A DNA stretch of 64,000 nt from NCBI GenBank assembly GCA_964016885.1, contig OZ024743.1, positions 299,088,001 to 299,152,000 of the forward strand. Direction: 5' to 3'. Of this stretch, positions 42,005 to 57,379 are shown piece after piece; the first letter of the stretch is position 1, and every line of letters starts with the position of its first letter. This DNA is from Eledone cirrhosa. Lineage: Eukaryota. Position numbers and translations under genes: made by a program. Under the pieces are notes generated by a model that searched no databases, was not told the origin of the DNA, and worked only from the letters and a program-made list of their open reading frames with translations.

Positions 42005-42630
42005 AAAGGATGGCGGCATGATATTATAGAAAAAGTGATCCACTGGTATTTGTGCAAATTGAACGAGTTACCCAACGATTCTGGGTTATGTTCATACCAC
42101 TGAGACGTGGTATGAACATAACCCAGAATCGGTGATGGAAAAAGACCGGATGAAAGTGTTATAGGATTTCAGAATACAAATTGATAAAGAATTAGAACAC
42201 AATAGGCCTGACGTGGTGGTTTCGACAAAACAAAGAGATCGTGTTTGATTATAAATGTGGCTTGCCTCTTCGACACAAGAGTACAGAAAAAGGAGAGGGG
42301 GAAAATTAACCGGTATCAGGAAGGACCTGAAGTGGGAACTGAAATGTATTTGTAACTGTCATGAGATCAAGATCGTCCCCATCGCCATGGGAGCACTGGG
42401 TACTATCTCAAAGAGTTTCCAAGGCTGGCTAAAGACCATCATCCCACCCTCTATTTGTGGAACACTTCAAAAGGCATGCCTATTTGGAACGGCAAGGACA
42501 CTCCGATACGTCCTGAATATCTGAGGCTGGGGTAGCAGCTTGATATTCATTAGGGCAATTATTCCAGTTGATTAACATCATTAACTGAGGCATCAAGTAA
42601 AAAACAACAACGACAATAATAATAATAATT
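42005..42630 (+). mobile_element. R4/Dong-clade LINE 3' end (decayed)
   Basis: WYEHNPE..DFRIQIDKELEHNRPD..DLKWELK..IVPIAMGALGTISK..LQKACLFGTARTLRYVLNI; 3' UTR like 12045-12120; (TAA) tail. Confidence 0.85.
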
Positions 42631-43329
42631 AACGCGTGAATAAAGTCACAACCAATTGTGGTGAAGGTCTCTCGCCCAGTACGTTTAGAAGTGATCTGGC
42701 ACCGGACGGTCGTTACCACGCAACAAAAAAATGTGCACTCAGCTAGCCACAAGTGGACGAAGTAAGATTACGCTAGACTCACTGAATGTCCTGAAAGAGC
42801 AAAATAGGAGGGAAATCGTGCAGTAGGGCGACGTATTTTGGACATTTGAATAGAAAAAGACAAGCTTTCGATGTCAGAAAGTAAACTAATTAATCAAGTG
42901 AGGGTGATTGGGAGGAAGGGTTGGTTAACTAACATAGGAATGTGTACAGATGAGCAACAAAGGGGTATTAGAATGGAAACTGAAGGCGTTTCTACAGTTG
43001 AAGTCAGAGAGAAAATAGACAATGTGAACAAAGAAATAATGATGAGCCTGAGACTGTTAGGGATGCTGAGTATGATTGTTATAGATTGAACAGGGGATAG
43101 TTATACAAGAAGAGGGAACTATTTGGTTGATGGATCGCTTTCATTACAAAGACAGCCTATGGATTTGATGTGTGGCCCCAAAGAAAAATCCCATATGAAA
43201 ACGAGAAGGTTAGATAGGTGTATACTGAATAAAATTACAAAAAAGATGAATGTTTTCATACCACATATCCAGACAGAGAGTATAACGCAACTAAGGAGTC
43301 ATACCCGAGCTATAGCATGCCTTGACATA

Positions 43330-44400
<1,071 letters not shown>

Positions 44401-44467
44401 GGTTGTGTGTATGTGTTTGCGTGTATATGTGTTGTGTGTATATGTTTACGCAAACACATACACACAA

Positions 44468-44542
<75 letters not shown>

Positions 44543-44566
44543 TATATGCATTCAAATATATGTGTG

Positions 44567-44614
<48 letters not shown>

Positions 44615-44839
44615 TACATGTGTGTGTGTGTCTAAAGCACACACAGAACTATATATATATAGTTGTGTGTGTATCCCGGGAATGAATATGACCACAGCTT
44701 GTAAACAAGGACCCACACCCCACCCTCCCGCACCAAAATTAGACTTATCGTCCCCTGTTTTTGCTCTTGACTCTCTTTACTCTTTGTTCTTGAATGTTTG
44801 GTTGGTAGAGTCCATAACACCAATGAAACCCCTTTTATA

Positions 44840-44884
44840 GCTCTGAAGAATCCTACGGTTACGTGTGGAAGAAACATTGTAAGC
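44840..44884 (+). ncRNA. Minimal hammerhead
   Basis: GCT-CTGAAGA-a TCC TACG gtta CGTG t GGA a-GAAA-CATTG-TA-AGC followed by AATAAA, in a short island between (TA)n tracts. Confidence 0.62.
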
Positions 44885-44929
44885 CAATAAACATCTTTTG
44901 ATGTTGTAGACGCTTTTGTGTTCTTTATC

Positions 44930-45845
<916 letters not shown>

Positions 45846-45858
45846 TATATATATATTA

Positions 45859-45949
<91 letters not shown>

Positions 45950-47813
45950 GTTTGGAGGTTCACCACTGGATAGAGCTGGTCAATTCCGTATGGTCAATCT
46001 TGATGTAATAATATGGAGAGTACTCAACGTAAAGCAGCTCAAGCGTCTTCGTTTGTGTAGTTGGTGAAGTGCGAGTGCGGAGTTAATATTATAATAAAAT
46101 ACCAGGAGTCTGGACTTGTGTAAATCCTTGAAAGGTTTATTATACTATGATCATTTCAATGACCGGTTTCCGTATGAATCCGGTGATATCATCAGGTATT
46201 CGAAATATAATAAATGAATGTAACAGATAAAATCCATGGGGCTGAAAATCATAGACCCGAGGACGCCCGACCATCTAGCATTTTCCACTTTAGCCGGTCG
46301 CCCTCAAGTGCTGGCCATTCCGGTCAAAGAGAAGAAAAACAGAAAGGAAGAGGAAGAAAAGTCAGCGTTAATGTCATGCTACAAGAAAAAAGACAGAAAG
46401 AAAGAGGAAGAAAAGTCAACATTAATGTCATGCTACTGTCAGGTCAGGAATTGCCGCGAAAAAAGTTATTCTAAAGGACCCGTATCTTAACAGAGGTATA
46501 TATAGTGGGGGTCTACATGGTATAATGTGTGAACAGAAGGTTGGAACGTTAAATTTTTGTTTAGATTTATAGGATGAAGTTTAAAAAATTAAAGATTAAC
46601 ATTATAAATTAAAAAATTAGAAAATTGTAAATTAAACAGTTTAAACATTTTTTTAAGGTTTTGGGTTGCGAGGTTTAGTTAAAGAAAGAGTCTTTTATGA
46701 GAAACTTTAACTGTATTATAGAGATCCTCTATAAATTATCCAAGTGGGATGTAGAGTAAAGATTATGTACTTGTTTAGCAGTCAAACAGCCCACCCTAAC
46801 CACGGGTCAGCCATTCCGAGTGAGATCGCCTAGCGAAAGATATGGAAATCAATTTTTCCAAGCCCTCTAGAAATGTATTCCAGGCTTCAGGCGTGCTAGT
46901 GGGAAGTCAGCCATCGTCGTTAGGCCATCATTATACCAAATGAGTACTATTAATTTACAGGGGAGGGGGATTTGTTTAAGTAGGGAGGCATAATACAGTT
47001 AATAGTTATGATTAGGCCTGGAATTTAAAGGTACTATATGGCGGTCAAAAAACGGCTGCGCGGCGGGCCCCGAGGCAAATCAAGCCGCTCCGTAATTGCA
47101 TTTACCGAAAGAAGGGGAAATTTATTTTTCCAAGCACTCAAGGTAGGCCTATGCACCAGGAGGCCGGTCTCGCAGACAGGACAAAACCAACACAACAGTC
47201 GGATCATCGCGTGTAATCAATTGTAAAACTCGATGAAAAGCGCAAATAGACTATATCTAGGTCCCCGGAGAGTCCGGGTAATAGGTATTGTTGTTCTCAG
47301 GGGGAGATATTCTAGTGTCGTGTACTAATGGGTACAAGCTAGTAAAAATCTGAATAAAAGGAATAAAAAATACATGGATAGATAAAAGTAGAATACGTTG
47401 ATAAAAACACATTAATAAAGTAAAAAGGTAGAAATATATAAATAAACAAATAAAATAACTAGAGTGATGGTGGAGTAAAACGGAGAAATCAAAACACAGG
47501 AGAAATACAATATAGTTCAAGTTGCAGTCAGATAATGCATATAGATATGGAAATGGAATCAGTGTGTGTTCGAGTCTGAGAATTCAGTGTGAATTGCAAA
47601 GGCCCTGAAGTATAGGGTAGAGAATTTAGTCAATACAGTACAGTACAATACAGGTTATGGTATAATCCGTAGAATTTTGTCGAAGTCTTAGTATTCCGAG
47701 AGGGAAGTAGCATTGGACCAGGTGGGCGGTAGACACAGCGCAGAGTAGCCAAAATCCGAATGGTGATTAGATCGAGTCAGTCCCATGCCGCTGTTCATTA
47801 TTACATCTGGAAG

Positions 47814-47997
47814 GGCGGTGAATTGGCAGTATCGGTAGAGGGTTGGACGCCACGCTTTCTAGCATAGTTACGTCCCTTTACAGTCTGAGTTCAAATCCCG
47901 CCGAGGTTAAATTTGCCTTTCATCCTTACGGGGTCGATAAAATAAAGTACTAGTAATGTACTGGGTAATTGCTGGCCTTGTGCCTAAAGTAGAACCA
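47814..47997 (+). mobile_element. Full-length tRNA-SINE with 17-bp TSD
   Basis: TSD attattacatctggaag at 47797-47813 and 47998-48014. A and B boxes present. Confidence 0.92.
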
Positions 47998-48108
47998 ATT
48001 ATTACATCTGGAAGTGCTCAACATTTCAAGAGCATTATTTATTTGGGTTTGAAGGTCACCACTGGATAGAGCTGGTAACTTCCGTATGGTGAATCTTGAT
48101 GTAATAAT

Positions 48109-48293
48109 TGTTTCTACTTTTGGCACAAGGCTAGCAATTACCCAGTGCATTACTGGTACTTTATTTCATCGACCCCATGAGGATGAAAGGCAAAGTTAAC
48201 CTTGGCGGGATTTGAACTCAGAATAGCAAGGGACGTAACTCTATGCGTCAAAGCATGGCGTCCGACCCTCTACCGATACTGCCAATCCACCGC
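48109..48293 (-). mobile_element. Full-length tRNA-SINE with 18-bp TSD
   Basis: TSD gaatcttgatgtaataat at 48091-48108 and 48294-48311. The empty site is visible in the duplicate at about 45995-46012. Confidence 0.92.
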
Positions 48294-49064
48294 GAATCTT
48301 GATGTAATAATATGGAGAGTACTCATCGTAAAGCAGCTCAACCGTCTTCGTTTGTGTAGTTGGTGTGGTGCGAGTACGGAGTTAATATTATAATAAAATA
48401 ATAGGAAGCTGGACTTGTGTACATCCTTGAAAGGTTTATTATACTATGATGATTTCAATGACCGGTTTCCGTATGAATCCGGTGATATCATTTTTTAAAC
48501 TGTTTAATTTTCAATTTTCTATTTTTTTATTTTATAGTGTTAATCTTTAATTTTTTTAACTTCATCCTATAAATCTAAACAAAAATTTAACGTTCCAACC
48601 TTCTGTTCACACATTATACCATTTAGACCCCCACTATATATACCTCTGTTATAATATGTACCTCTGTTAAGACACGGGTCCTTTAGAATAACTTTTTTCG
48701 CGGCAATTCCTGGCCTGACAGTAGCATGACATTAATGTTGACATTTCTTCCTCTTTCTTTCTGTTTTTCTTCTCTTTGACCGGGAGGTTAGTAGCACGTT
48801 ATAAGCTTTAGTCCCCTCACCAGATGGCCTTATGTAGGCCGAATGGCCAGCACTTGAGGGAGACCGGCTAAAGTGGAAGATGCTAGATGGTCGGTCGTCC
48901 TCGGGTCTATGATTTTCAGCCCCATGGATTTTATCTGTTACATTCATTTATTATATTTCGAATACCTGATGATATCACCGGATTCATACGGAACCCGATC
49001 ATTGAAATGATCATAGTATAATAAACCTTTCAAGGATTTACACAAGTCCAGCTTCCTGTTATTC

Positions 49065-49164
<100 letters not shown>

Positions 49165-49289
49165 TATGTGGTTGTTAATGTGTTTGCGTGTGTATATATG
49201 TACATAAGTTCGCATGAACTCATCGTATATATATATATATATATTTGAGTGCACATGCGTAAAACATACGTAAGGGCATGCATATGTGG

Positions 49290-50750
49290 AACATAATTTA
49301 CAACTTCATTGTCTGAAAGAGAAAGACTAACATCTGTCACAATAATTTGTTTCCCACAGAGGTAGAATTTACGTCTAATACGTGTAGGCTCAATAAAATA
49401 AACAGCAATGGTTTACTATAGAAGATGTAAACGACTGTATGATAATTTAACAGTTCTGGTCAATTTATACTATTATTGAGAAAAGTGTGCTGAATGGCAG
49501 AATTAGTAGATTTAGTTTTGTTATTTTAAAATCAAGACCTGCCAAAGTCAGCAGTGGCGTCCCGCAAGGCATCTACATTAATGACTTTACTGACATTACC
49601 AAGCAGAGAAACATAAGAATCTTTGCTGATGATTCCAAGCTCCAGAAGGTCATCAATGTAGTGGGTGACCGGACATGTCTTCAGTCATACCTACTCGCTG
49701 TTATCCAATGGGCAGAAAAGAACAATATGCCGCTGAACGAGGATAAATTTGAGTTAATCCACTTTATAAAAGAGGATGACCTTCAGGTGAAATTCTCGTG
49801 GCATCCAATAACATCAGAGACTTGGGAGTAATTGTGGACAAAAACGTAAGCTGGGCCACTTATATAAACAGCAATGTTAACATGGCCCGCAAACATATAT
49901 ATATATATTAAGAGAGAGAAAAGGAAGCGTGAGAAAGAGAAAGAGAGAGATGATTTATATGGTTTTGAAAGGGAGATAATTGAAAGATTTCTATAATTTT
50001 CTTTTCCCCTTTTTTTCTCTGTTTTTGCTTTTCTAAGTCAATTAAAACATTGTGTTTATTAAAAGTACATTTATTTTAAGAACATTTAATTGCATTTAAT
50101 TCATTTACTCCGTGTTTGCGAATGAAATATTTCTTAGTTATTTTTCTGTCTTCAGAATAACAGATTTTTAGATTTTGTTTATAAATTCAATATTTTTGTT
50201 TTAGATTAGGTAGTGAGAGAGAGAGAGAGAGGTGGTGGGCAATACAAAGTGGGTGTGAGAGAAATATGATGAATGAGAATGAAGTAATTATTGTCAGGTA
50301 AAATAAGGACACGAGGAGTAGCCATTAAATGATATATGTGTGAGAATAGCCTATATCTAAAAGTATATTTCCGGTTTAATCTTCATGTCAAATATAATAG
50401 TAAGAGCTTGAATTTCAGGTTTAGTTTATAATATTAAAACATTTCCTGGTAATTATCTGCTCATACTTTTGAATCCCTTGCATGAAAAAAACAAATTCGA
50501 TGACGGTAGGATTTAAGATCAATAATTAAAATAACAAAACTAAATCTACTAATTCTGCCATTCAGCACACTTTTCTCAATAATAGTATACATTGACCAGA
50601 ACTGTTAAATTATAATACAGTCGTTTACATCTTCTATAGTAAACCATTGCTGTTTATTTTAGTGAGCCTACACGTATTAGACGTAAGTTCAACCTCTGTG
50701 GGAAACAAATTATTGTTACAGATGTTAATCATTTTCTATCAGATATGAAG
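49290..50750. repeat. ~240-bp inverted repeat pair
   Basis: About 49290-49529 versus 50526-50750, enclosing a LINE fragment. Confidence 0.8.
49526..49892 (+). mobile_element. CR1-group LINE RT fragment
   Basis: VSSGVPQG-IYINDFTD..IRIFADDSKL..WAEKNNMPLNEDKFE..DLGVIVD. Near-identical to 62420-62758. Confidence 0.8.
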
Positions 50751-50796
50751 GTAATTATGTATATATATATATGTATAATTATGTATATATATATAC

Positions 50797-50859
<63 letters not shown>

Positions 50860-51153
50860 GAAACACACAGATACATGCGGACACACACATATACATGAAT
50901 GCATCCGCACCCAACCGTGAGTTAAGGGTGCCAACTTCACCGATGTTGCTCAATGAATGACTGGGACAGACCAATCCGGTTGAACCAGACCGAACCAGTA
51001 TCAGAGTTAAAAATACATTATGAAGATAGAAGAAACATTTAGATATAATTAGTAATAAAATGTATCATACCTAAACTGCTCCTAGATTCCTCGACTACGT
51101 AGTTTCGTGGCATAAACAAAAACAATACATCATAAAGATATAGAGTCCTTGCG

Positions 51154-51184
<31 letters not shown>

Positions 51185-51739
51185 TAAAAAAATAATGAAT
51201 AAAACAATGAAACAGTTCCTTATATTAAACAAAAAAAGTTCATTATTTAACGATCGTTTCTAGGACATATATGTGTTAGAATTGGCATGCATATTCAACA
51301 GATCTATGTACAAAATTATACAAAATTATACAAACTATCAAATATAATATACATACCAACACATATATATGCCGTCTTCAGAAATAATGAAATATATTTA
51401 TTGATAATAACAACAATTCAAAATTACAGGTCTGTTTGGGAACAGAGTTCAAATTGACCAATGAAATACACAAAAATATATCAAGAAAATACAGTTAGGT
51501 GTGTGTATATATGTAAGTAACCTCGTTCACAGATATGCATAACAATATTTGTTCACATGCATACGCATGTCGAAAAAATGTATGTAAATACAAAAATTCA
51601 GGGCTAATGTCTCTGTATGTTTATAATCTACAGACAAAATACACATACGTATATAAACATATATACACTCATATATACACACATATACATACATTCATAC
51701 ACACACGCGCATATACACATAAACATACACATACCCACG

Positions 51740-51850
<111 letters not shown>

Positions 51851-52103
51851 GTATATATTATTATTATAACTATATGGATATTAAGGCGCACACATAAACA
51901 CTGCCACATATATTTACATCTAGACGCAGAACCAAAGTAGGTAAAGGGGGTCAGTAATTACTGAGGGTGTCAGACAACTGCCTATTTATAAAATGCATCT
52001 ATAAATTTAGAAATAAAAAGAAATATATTAAAAAGAAATAAACAAGTAAAATATATACTCATACATAAAATACACACCGATATACATATATATATATATA
52101 TAC

Positions 52104-52138
<35 letters not shown>

Positions 52139-52551
52139 CATATATATAGAGACATATACATATACATATATAAATACATAGACACACATACATACACACA
52201 TATATATATATACATATACTCACAACACATATATATATATACACATATATGTACATACACATACACATACATACATATACATATATATATATACACACAT
52301 ATATATACATACATATATACACACATATATATATATATACATACACGCACACATATATACACACACACACACACACATACATATACGTATATATACATAC
52401 ACATACACATATCCATGTATATATATACACATACAACCACACGCTCACACACAACTCAGACATATATAAATAAAGAGATATACATACACACATATATATA
52501 TATATATAGATATATACATACACATACATATATATACACACACACACACAT

Positions 52552-52618
<67 letters not shown>

Positions 52619-52767
52619 TAAATACACACAGTCAGACAATTATGCACACATATATATATATATACATACACACATCTCTACAAATATATATACACATACA
52701 CACACACACACATATATATATATACACATATATATATATATATAGATAGACATATATATATATACAT

Positions 52768-52863
<96 letters not shown>

Positions 52864-53159
52864 ATATATATACAATCATACACACTTATTTACATGCGCA
52901 CATATGTATTTTTATGCTCACATACAAACACCCAAACATACATACATACTTACATACACATACATACATCCACGCTTACAAATACGAATAATTATAGGGG
53001 GGGGGGATTAAAATTATTAGTGGGAAATAGTAAATATAGGTTTCAAGGAACATAGAATATTAATCTGAATTTAGATCATAATATGTGTTTACATAGTAGT
53101 TTCAGTATTAGGAAATGTAAGAAAGAAGGCAAAATTATGCATTTTAATATAAGTAGACT

Positions 53160-54065
53160 ATTAATTATAGGTTAACTAAATTAAAAATAGTTAATATATT
53201 GATTTCTAAGGTGTATACCACTTAGGTTTATAATATTTAAAGCGGAATTTTGAAGTTAAACAGTAATAGAGTATTAATCATAGCATAACTAAATTAAAAA
53301 TATTAACATTATGGTATCAATTTTAGGAAATGAATTTAGTAATAGGGAAAACCAAATCAAGTATTTCATCGGTAGTAGAATATAAATTATAGGTTAACTA
53401 AATTAAAAATTATATATTAATTTCTATAGTATATGTTAATTAGGTTTATAATAATTAAAGCAGATTTTGTATTTTATCTATAGTAGAATATAATTATAGG
53501 TTAACAAAAATTAAAATTAATATATATATATATATTTAATTGTAAAGAATATATTAATTAGGTATATATTTAAAAGTTTATCTCAGTTTATGATTACATG
53601 ATATTCTGCAATCCATCTGTATTAGAATTTTAATTTTAAGCTAACTAAATTAAAATTATAGGTTAACTAAATTAAAATTAATTTATAAATAAATTTCTAA
53701 ATTGTACATTAATTAGGTTTATAATATTAAAAAGTATTTCTCTGTTATTGATTACACGATATTTTGTTATATTTCATCTGTAAAGGAATTTTAATAAAAA
53801 TAAAAATAAAAGGTTAAATAAACTAAAATTAATCTATAAATTAATTTACAAAGTATATATTAATTATGTTAATAATATTTAAAAGTTTTTCACAATTTAT
53901 GATTACACAATATTTTTTAATCTCATCTGTAGTAGAATTTTAATTAAATTAAAGTTATAGGTTAACTACATTTAAATTAAATTATATATTAATTTCTAAA
54001 ATATATATTATTAATTAGGTTTATAATATTTAAATCTTTTTCTCAGTTTATGATTACACGATATA
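53160..54065. repeat. Degenerate AT-rich minisatellite, about 115-125-bp period
   Basis: Recurrent ttataggttaactaaattaaaa...ttaggtttataatattta...atgattacac..atctgta motifs, roughly 7-8 units. Confidence 0.7.
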
Positions 54066-54174
54066 ATTAATTCCTGTCGCTTATTTAATAGGATATCCTT
54101 AGATTTCATTATTTCAAATAGTTCTTATGTGCGCATAATTGTCTGACTGTGTGTATTTATTTATTTCTTTATTT

Positions 54175-54232
<58 letters not shown>

Positions 54233-54645
54233 ATGTGTATGTGTGTGTGTGTGTATATATATTTATGTGTATGTATATATCTATATATATATATATGTGT
54301 GTATGTATATCTCTTTATTTATGTATGTCTGAGTTGTGTGTGAGCGTGTGGTTATATGTGTATATATATACATGGATATGTGTATGTGTATGTATATATA
54401 CGTATATGTATGTGTGTGTGTGTGTATATATATGTGTGCGTGTATGTATATATATATGTGTGTATATATGTATGTATATATATGTGTGTATATATATATA
54501 TGTATATGTATGTATGTGTATGTGTATGTACATATATGTGTATATATATATATGTGTTGTGAGTATATGTATATATATATGTGTGTATGTATGTGTGTCT
54601 ATATATTTATATATGTATATGTATATGTCTCTATATATATATGTG

Positions 54646-54678
<33 letters not shown>

Positions 54679-54929
54679 GTATATATATATATATATATAT
54701 CGGTGTGTATTTTATGTATGAGTATATATTTTACTTGTTTATTTCTTTTTAATATATTTCTTTTTATTTCTAAATTTATAGATACATTTTATAAATAGGC
54801 TGTTGTCTGACATCCTCAGTAATTACTGACCCCCTTTACCTACTTTGGTTCTGCATCTAGATGTAAATATATGTGGCAGTGTTTATGTGTGCGCCTTAAT
54901 ATCCATATAGTTATAATAATAATATATAC

Positions 54930-54986
<57 letters not shown>

Positions 54987-55331
54987 CGTGGGTATGTGTA
55001 TGTTTATGTGTATATGCGCGTGTGTGTATGAATGTATGTATATGTGTGTATATATGAGTGTATATATGTTTATATACGTATGTGTATTTTGTCTGTAGAT
55101 TATAAACATACAGAGACATTAGCCCTGAATTTTTGTATTTACATACATTTTTTCGACATGCGTATGCATGTGAACATATATTTTTATGCATATCTGTGAA
55201 CGAGGTTAGTTACATATATACACACACCTAACTGTATTTTCTTGATATATTTTTGTGTATTTCATTGGTCAATTTGAACTCTGTTCCCAAACAGACCTGT
55301 AATTTTGAATTGTTGTTATCAATAAATATAT

Positions 55332-55484
55332 TTCATTATTTCTGAAGACGGCATATATATGTGTTGGTATGTATATTATATTTGATAGTTTGTATAATTT
55401 TGTATAATTTTGTACATAGATCTGTTGAATATGCATGCCAATTCTAACACATATATGTCCTAGAAACGATCGTTAAATAATGAA
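55332..55484 (+). ncRNA. Hammerhead with 114-nt stem II domain (CGATCG family)
   Basis: TTCATTATTT-CTGAAGA-cggcatatatatgtgttgg...ctaacacatatatgtccta-GAAA-CGATCG-TT-AAATAATGAA with a perfect 10-bp stem I. Inverted copy at 51239-51391. Confidence 0.78.
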
Positions 55485-55700
55485 CTTTTTTTGTTTAATA
55501 TAAGGAACTGTTTCATTGTTTTATTCATTATTTTTTTAACATTTTATCTTGACTCTGTATTCCGTTTATCTTTCACCGAAAGTGATTTTTGAATGCATCT
55601 CTTCTTTCCATGATATCCGGATTACATTGAGTTCTTCATACGGATTGGACACTACCGTAAACTTTTGGTAGATTTATCTCTATATATATATATATATATA

Positions 55701-56775
55701 CAAAATTAAGATAAATCAAATGAATTTAATCTAAATCAAAATTATGGGTGTCATGCCAGAAAGATATGGGCCATATCACCCGCAAAATAAGCTCTAAGAT
55801 TCTAACGAGTAGGTCCGAGCATTTTATAATAACTAGAAATTGATTAACATATAAATAAACATGAATAATCACAGGAGATAATTTTTACAAGTCTGTAACC
55901 ACACATAGCTAGGTAGGTAACTAAATAAAGTTGACCAGAACTTCAAAAATAGATACCTTATAATATGATTAATCTTCCCTGAATATATTCCATTAAAGAA
56001 ATATATTTCACCAATTAATCGGAAGGTAAACCGCGGAAGTGGAGACTTAGATTTTCAAAAAGGAAGAAGTTCCAGTTCAAATCAGCGACTGGCCAGTAAC
56101 ACGTGCTATATTTACTAGAAATACACGCATCACACTAGCTTCGTCACAGTGGCGTGAATAGGGTTATCGACAACTAGAAACAGCAGTCGAGTACATTCAA
56201 CAGAGTTAGCTCTACAATTAAGGAGCCGTATTTATATATCTATATCCAAAATTAAGATAAATCAAATGAATGTAATCTAAATCAAAATTATGGGTGTCAT
56301 GCCAGAAAGACATGCGCCATATCACCCGCAAAATAAGCTCTAAGATTCTAACGAGTAGGTCCGAGCATTTTATAATAACTAGAAATTGATTAACATATAT
56401 ATACCTTATAATATGATTAATCTTCCCTGTATATATTCCATTTAAGAAATATATTTCACCAATTAATCGGGTGGTAATAGCACGTGTTACTGGCCAGTCG
56501 CTGATTTGAACTTGAAGTGTAAACACGGATCGCTGGATCTCTTCCTTGTTGAAAATCCAAGTCTCCACTTCCGTGGTTTACCATCCGCTAAATTGGTGAA
56601 ATATATTTCTTTAATGGAATATCTACAGGGAAGATTAATCATATTATAAGGTATCTATTTTTGAAGTTCTGGTCAACTTTATTTAGTTACCTATCTAGCT
56701 ATGTGTGGTTACACACTTGAAAAAATTATCTCCTGTGATTATTCATGTTTATTTATATGTTAATCAATTTCTAGT

Positions 56776-56781
<6 letters not shown>
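55701..56781 (+). mobile_element. ORF-less 546-bp tandem unit plus inverted copy
   Basis: Sequence from 55701 is repeated at 56247 with an internal deletion. 56471-56781 is the inverse of about 55827-56108. (TA)n flanks. Confidence 0.75.
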
Positions 56782-56830
<49 letters not shown>

Positions 56831-56834
<4 letters not shown>

Positions 56835-57252
56835 GGAGGTGAGTTTTATTGTAGCACAATAATTCAATGCAAATATCGGATAAGTAGCACTCTACAGTTT
56901 GTATGACTGGAGAATAAATAATATAAGATCAAAAGATGGTTAAAAGAGTTCCAAGTATCTTATTGTGCGCATTTCAAAAACAAATATCATCATGAGATGA
57001 TATCTGCGTTTTCATCAGATAAAATAGGGATACATGATATGAAGGTTAAAAAACACTTGTGAATAGTGAAGTTTTAAATCAACATATGATATGTTGATTT
57101 AAAACTTCACTATTCACAAGTGTTTTTTAACCTTCATATGTATCCCTATTTTATCTGATGAAAACGCAGATATCATCTCATGATGATATTTGTTTTTGAA
57201 ATGCGCACAATAACATACTTGGAACTCTTTTAACCATCTTTTGATCTTATAT
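56831..57252 (-). mobile_element. Short fold-back PLE end (TGCGCA HHR family)
   Basis: Palindrome centred at about 57088. HHRs at 56956-57026 (-) and 57147-57217 (+) both carry U16.1>C. Confidence 0.8.
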
Positions 57253-57309
57253 CATATATATATATATACATATATATATACATATATTTGAATGTATATA
57301 TATATTTGA

Positions 57310-57379
<70 letters not shown>

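Larger units (their letters stand above)
45947..49062 (-). mobile_element. ORF-less ~1.9-kb tandem unit plus inverted copy with HHR (non-autonomous PLE-like)
   Basis: 45947-46192 is repeated at 48044-48491 (interrupted by a SINE). 48492-49062 is the inverse of about 46100-46645. HHRs at 46142-46199 (-), 48441-48491 (-, truncated) and 48962-49019 (+): ATAC-CTGATGA..GAAA-TGATCA-TA-GTAT. Confidence 0.78.

Noticed and set aside
47814-47905. tRNA gene
   Set aside because: The A/B boxes belong to a SINE head with body, tail and TSD; no complete cloverleaf.
49310-49380. Hammerhead-like motif in the 49.3/50.7-kb inverted arms
   Set aside because: The core is too degenerate in both arms (CTGAAAG/CTGATAG; GAAT/GAAC).
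49626-49632. CTGATGA here and at about 62497
   Set aside because: Part of the RT FADD codons, not a ribozyme.
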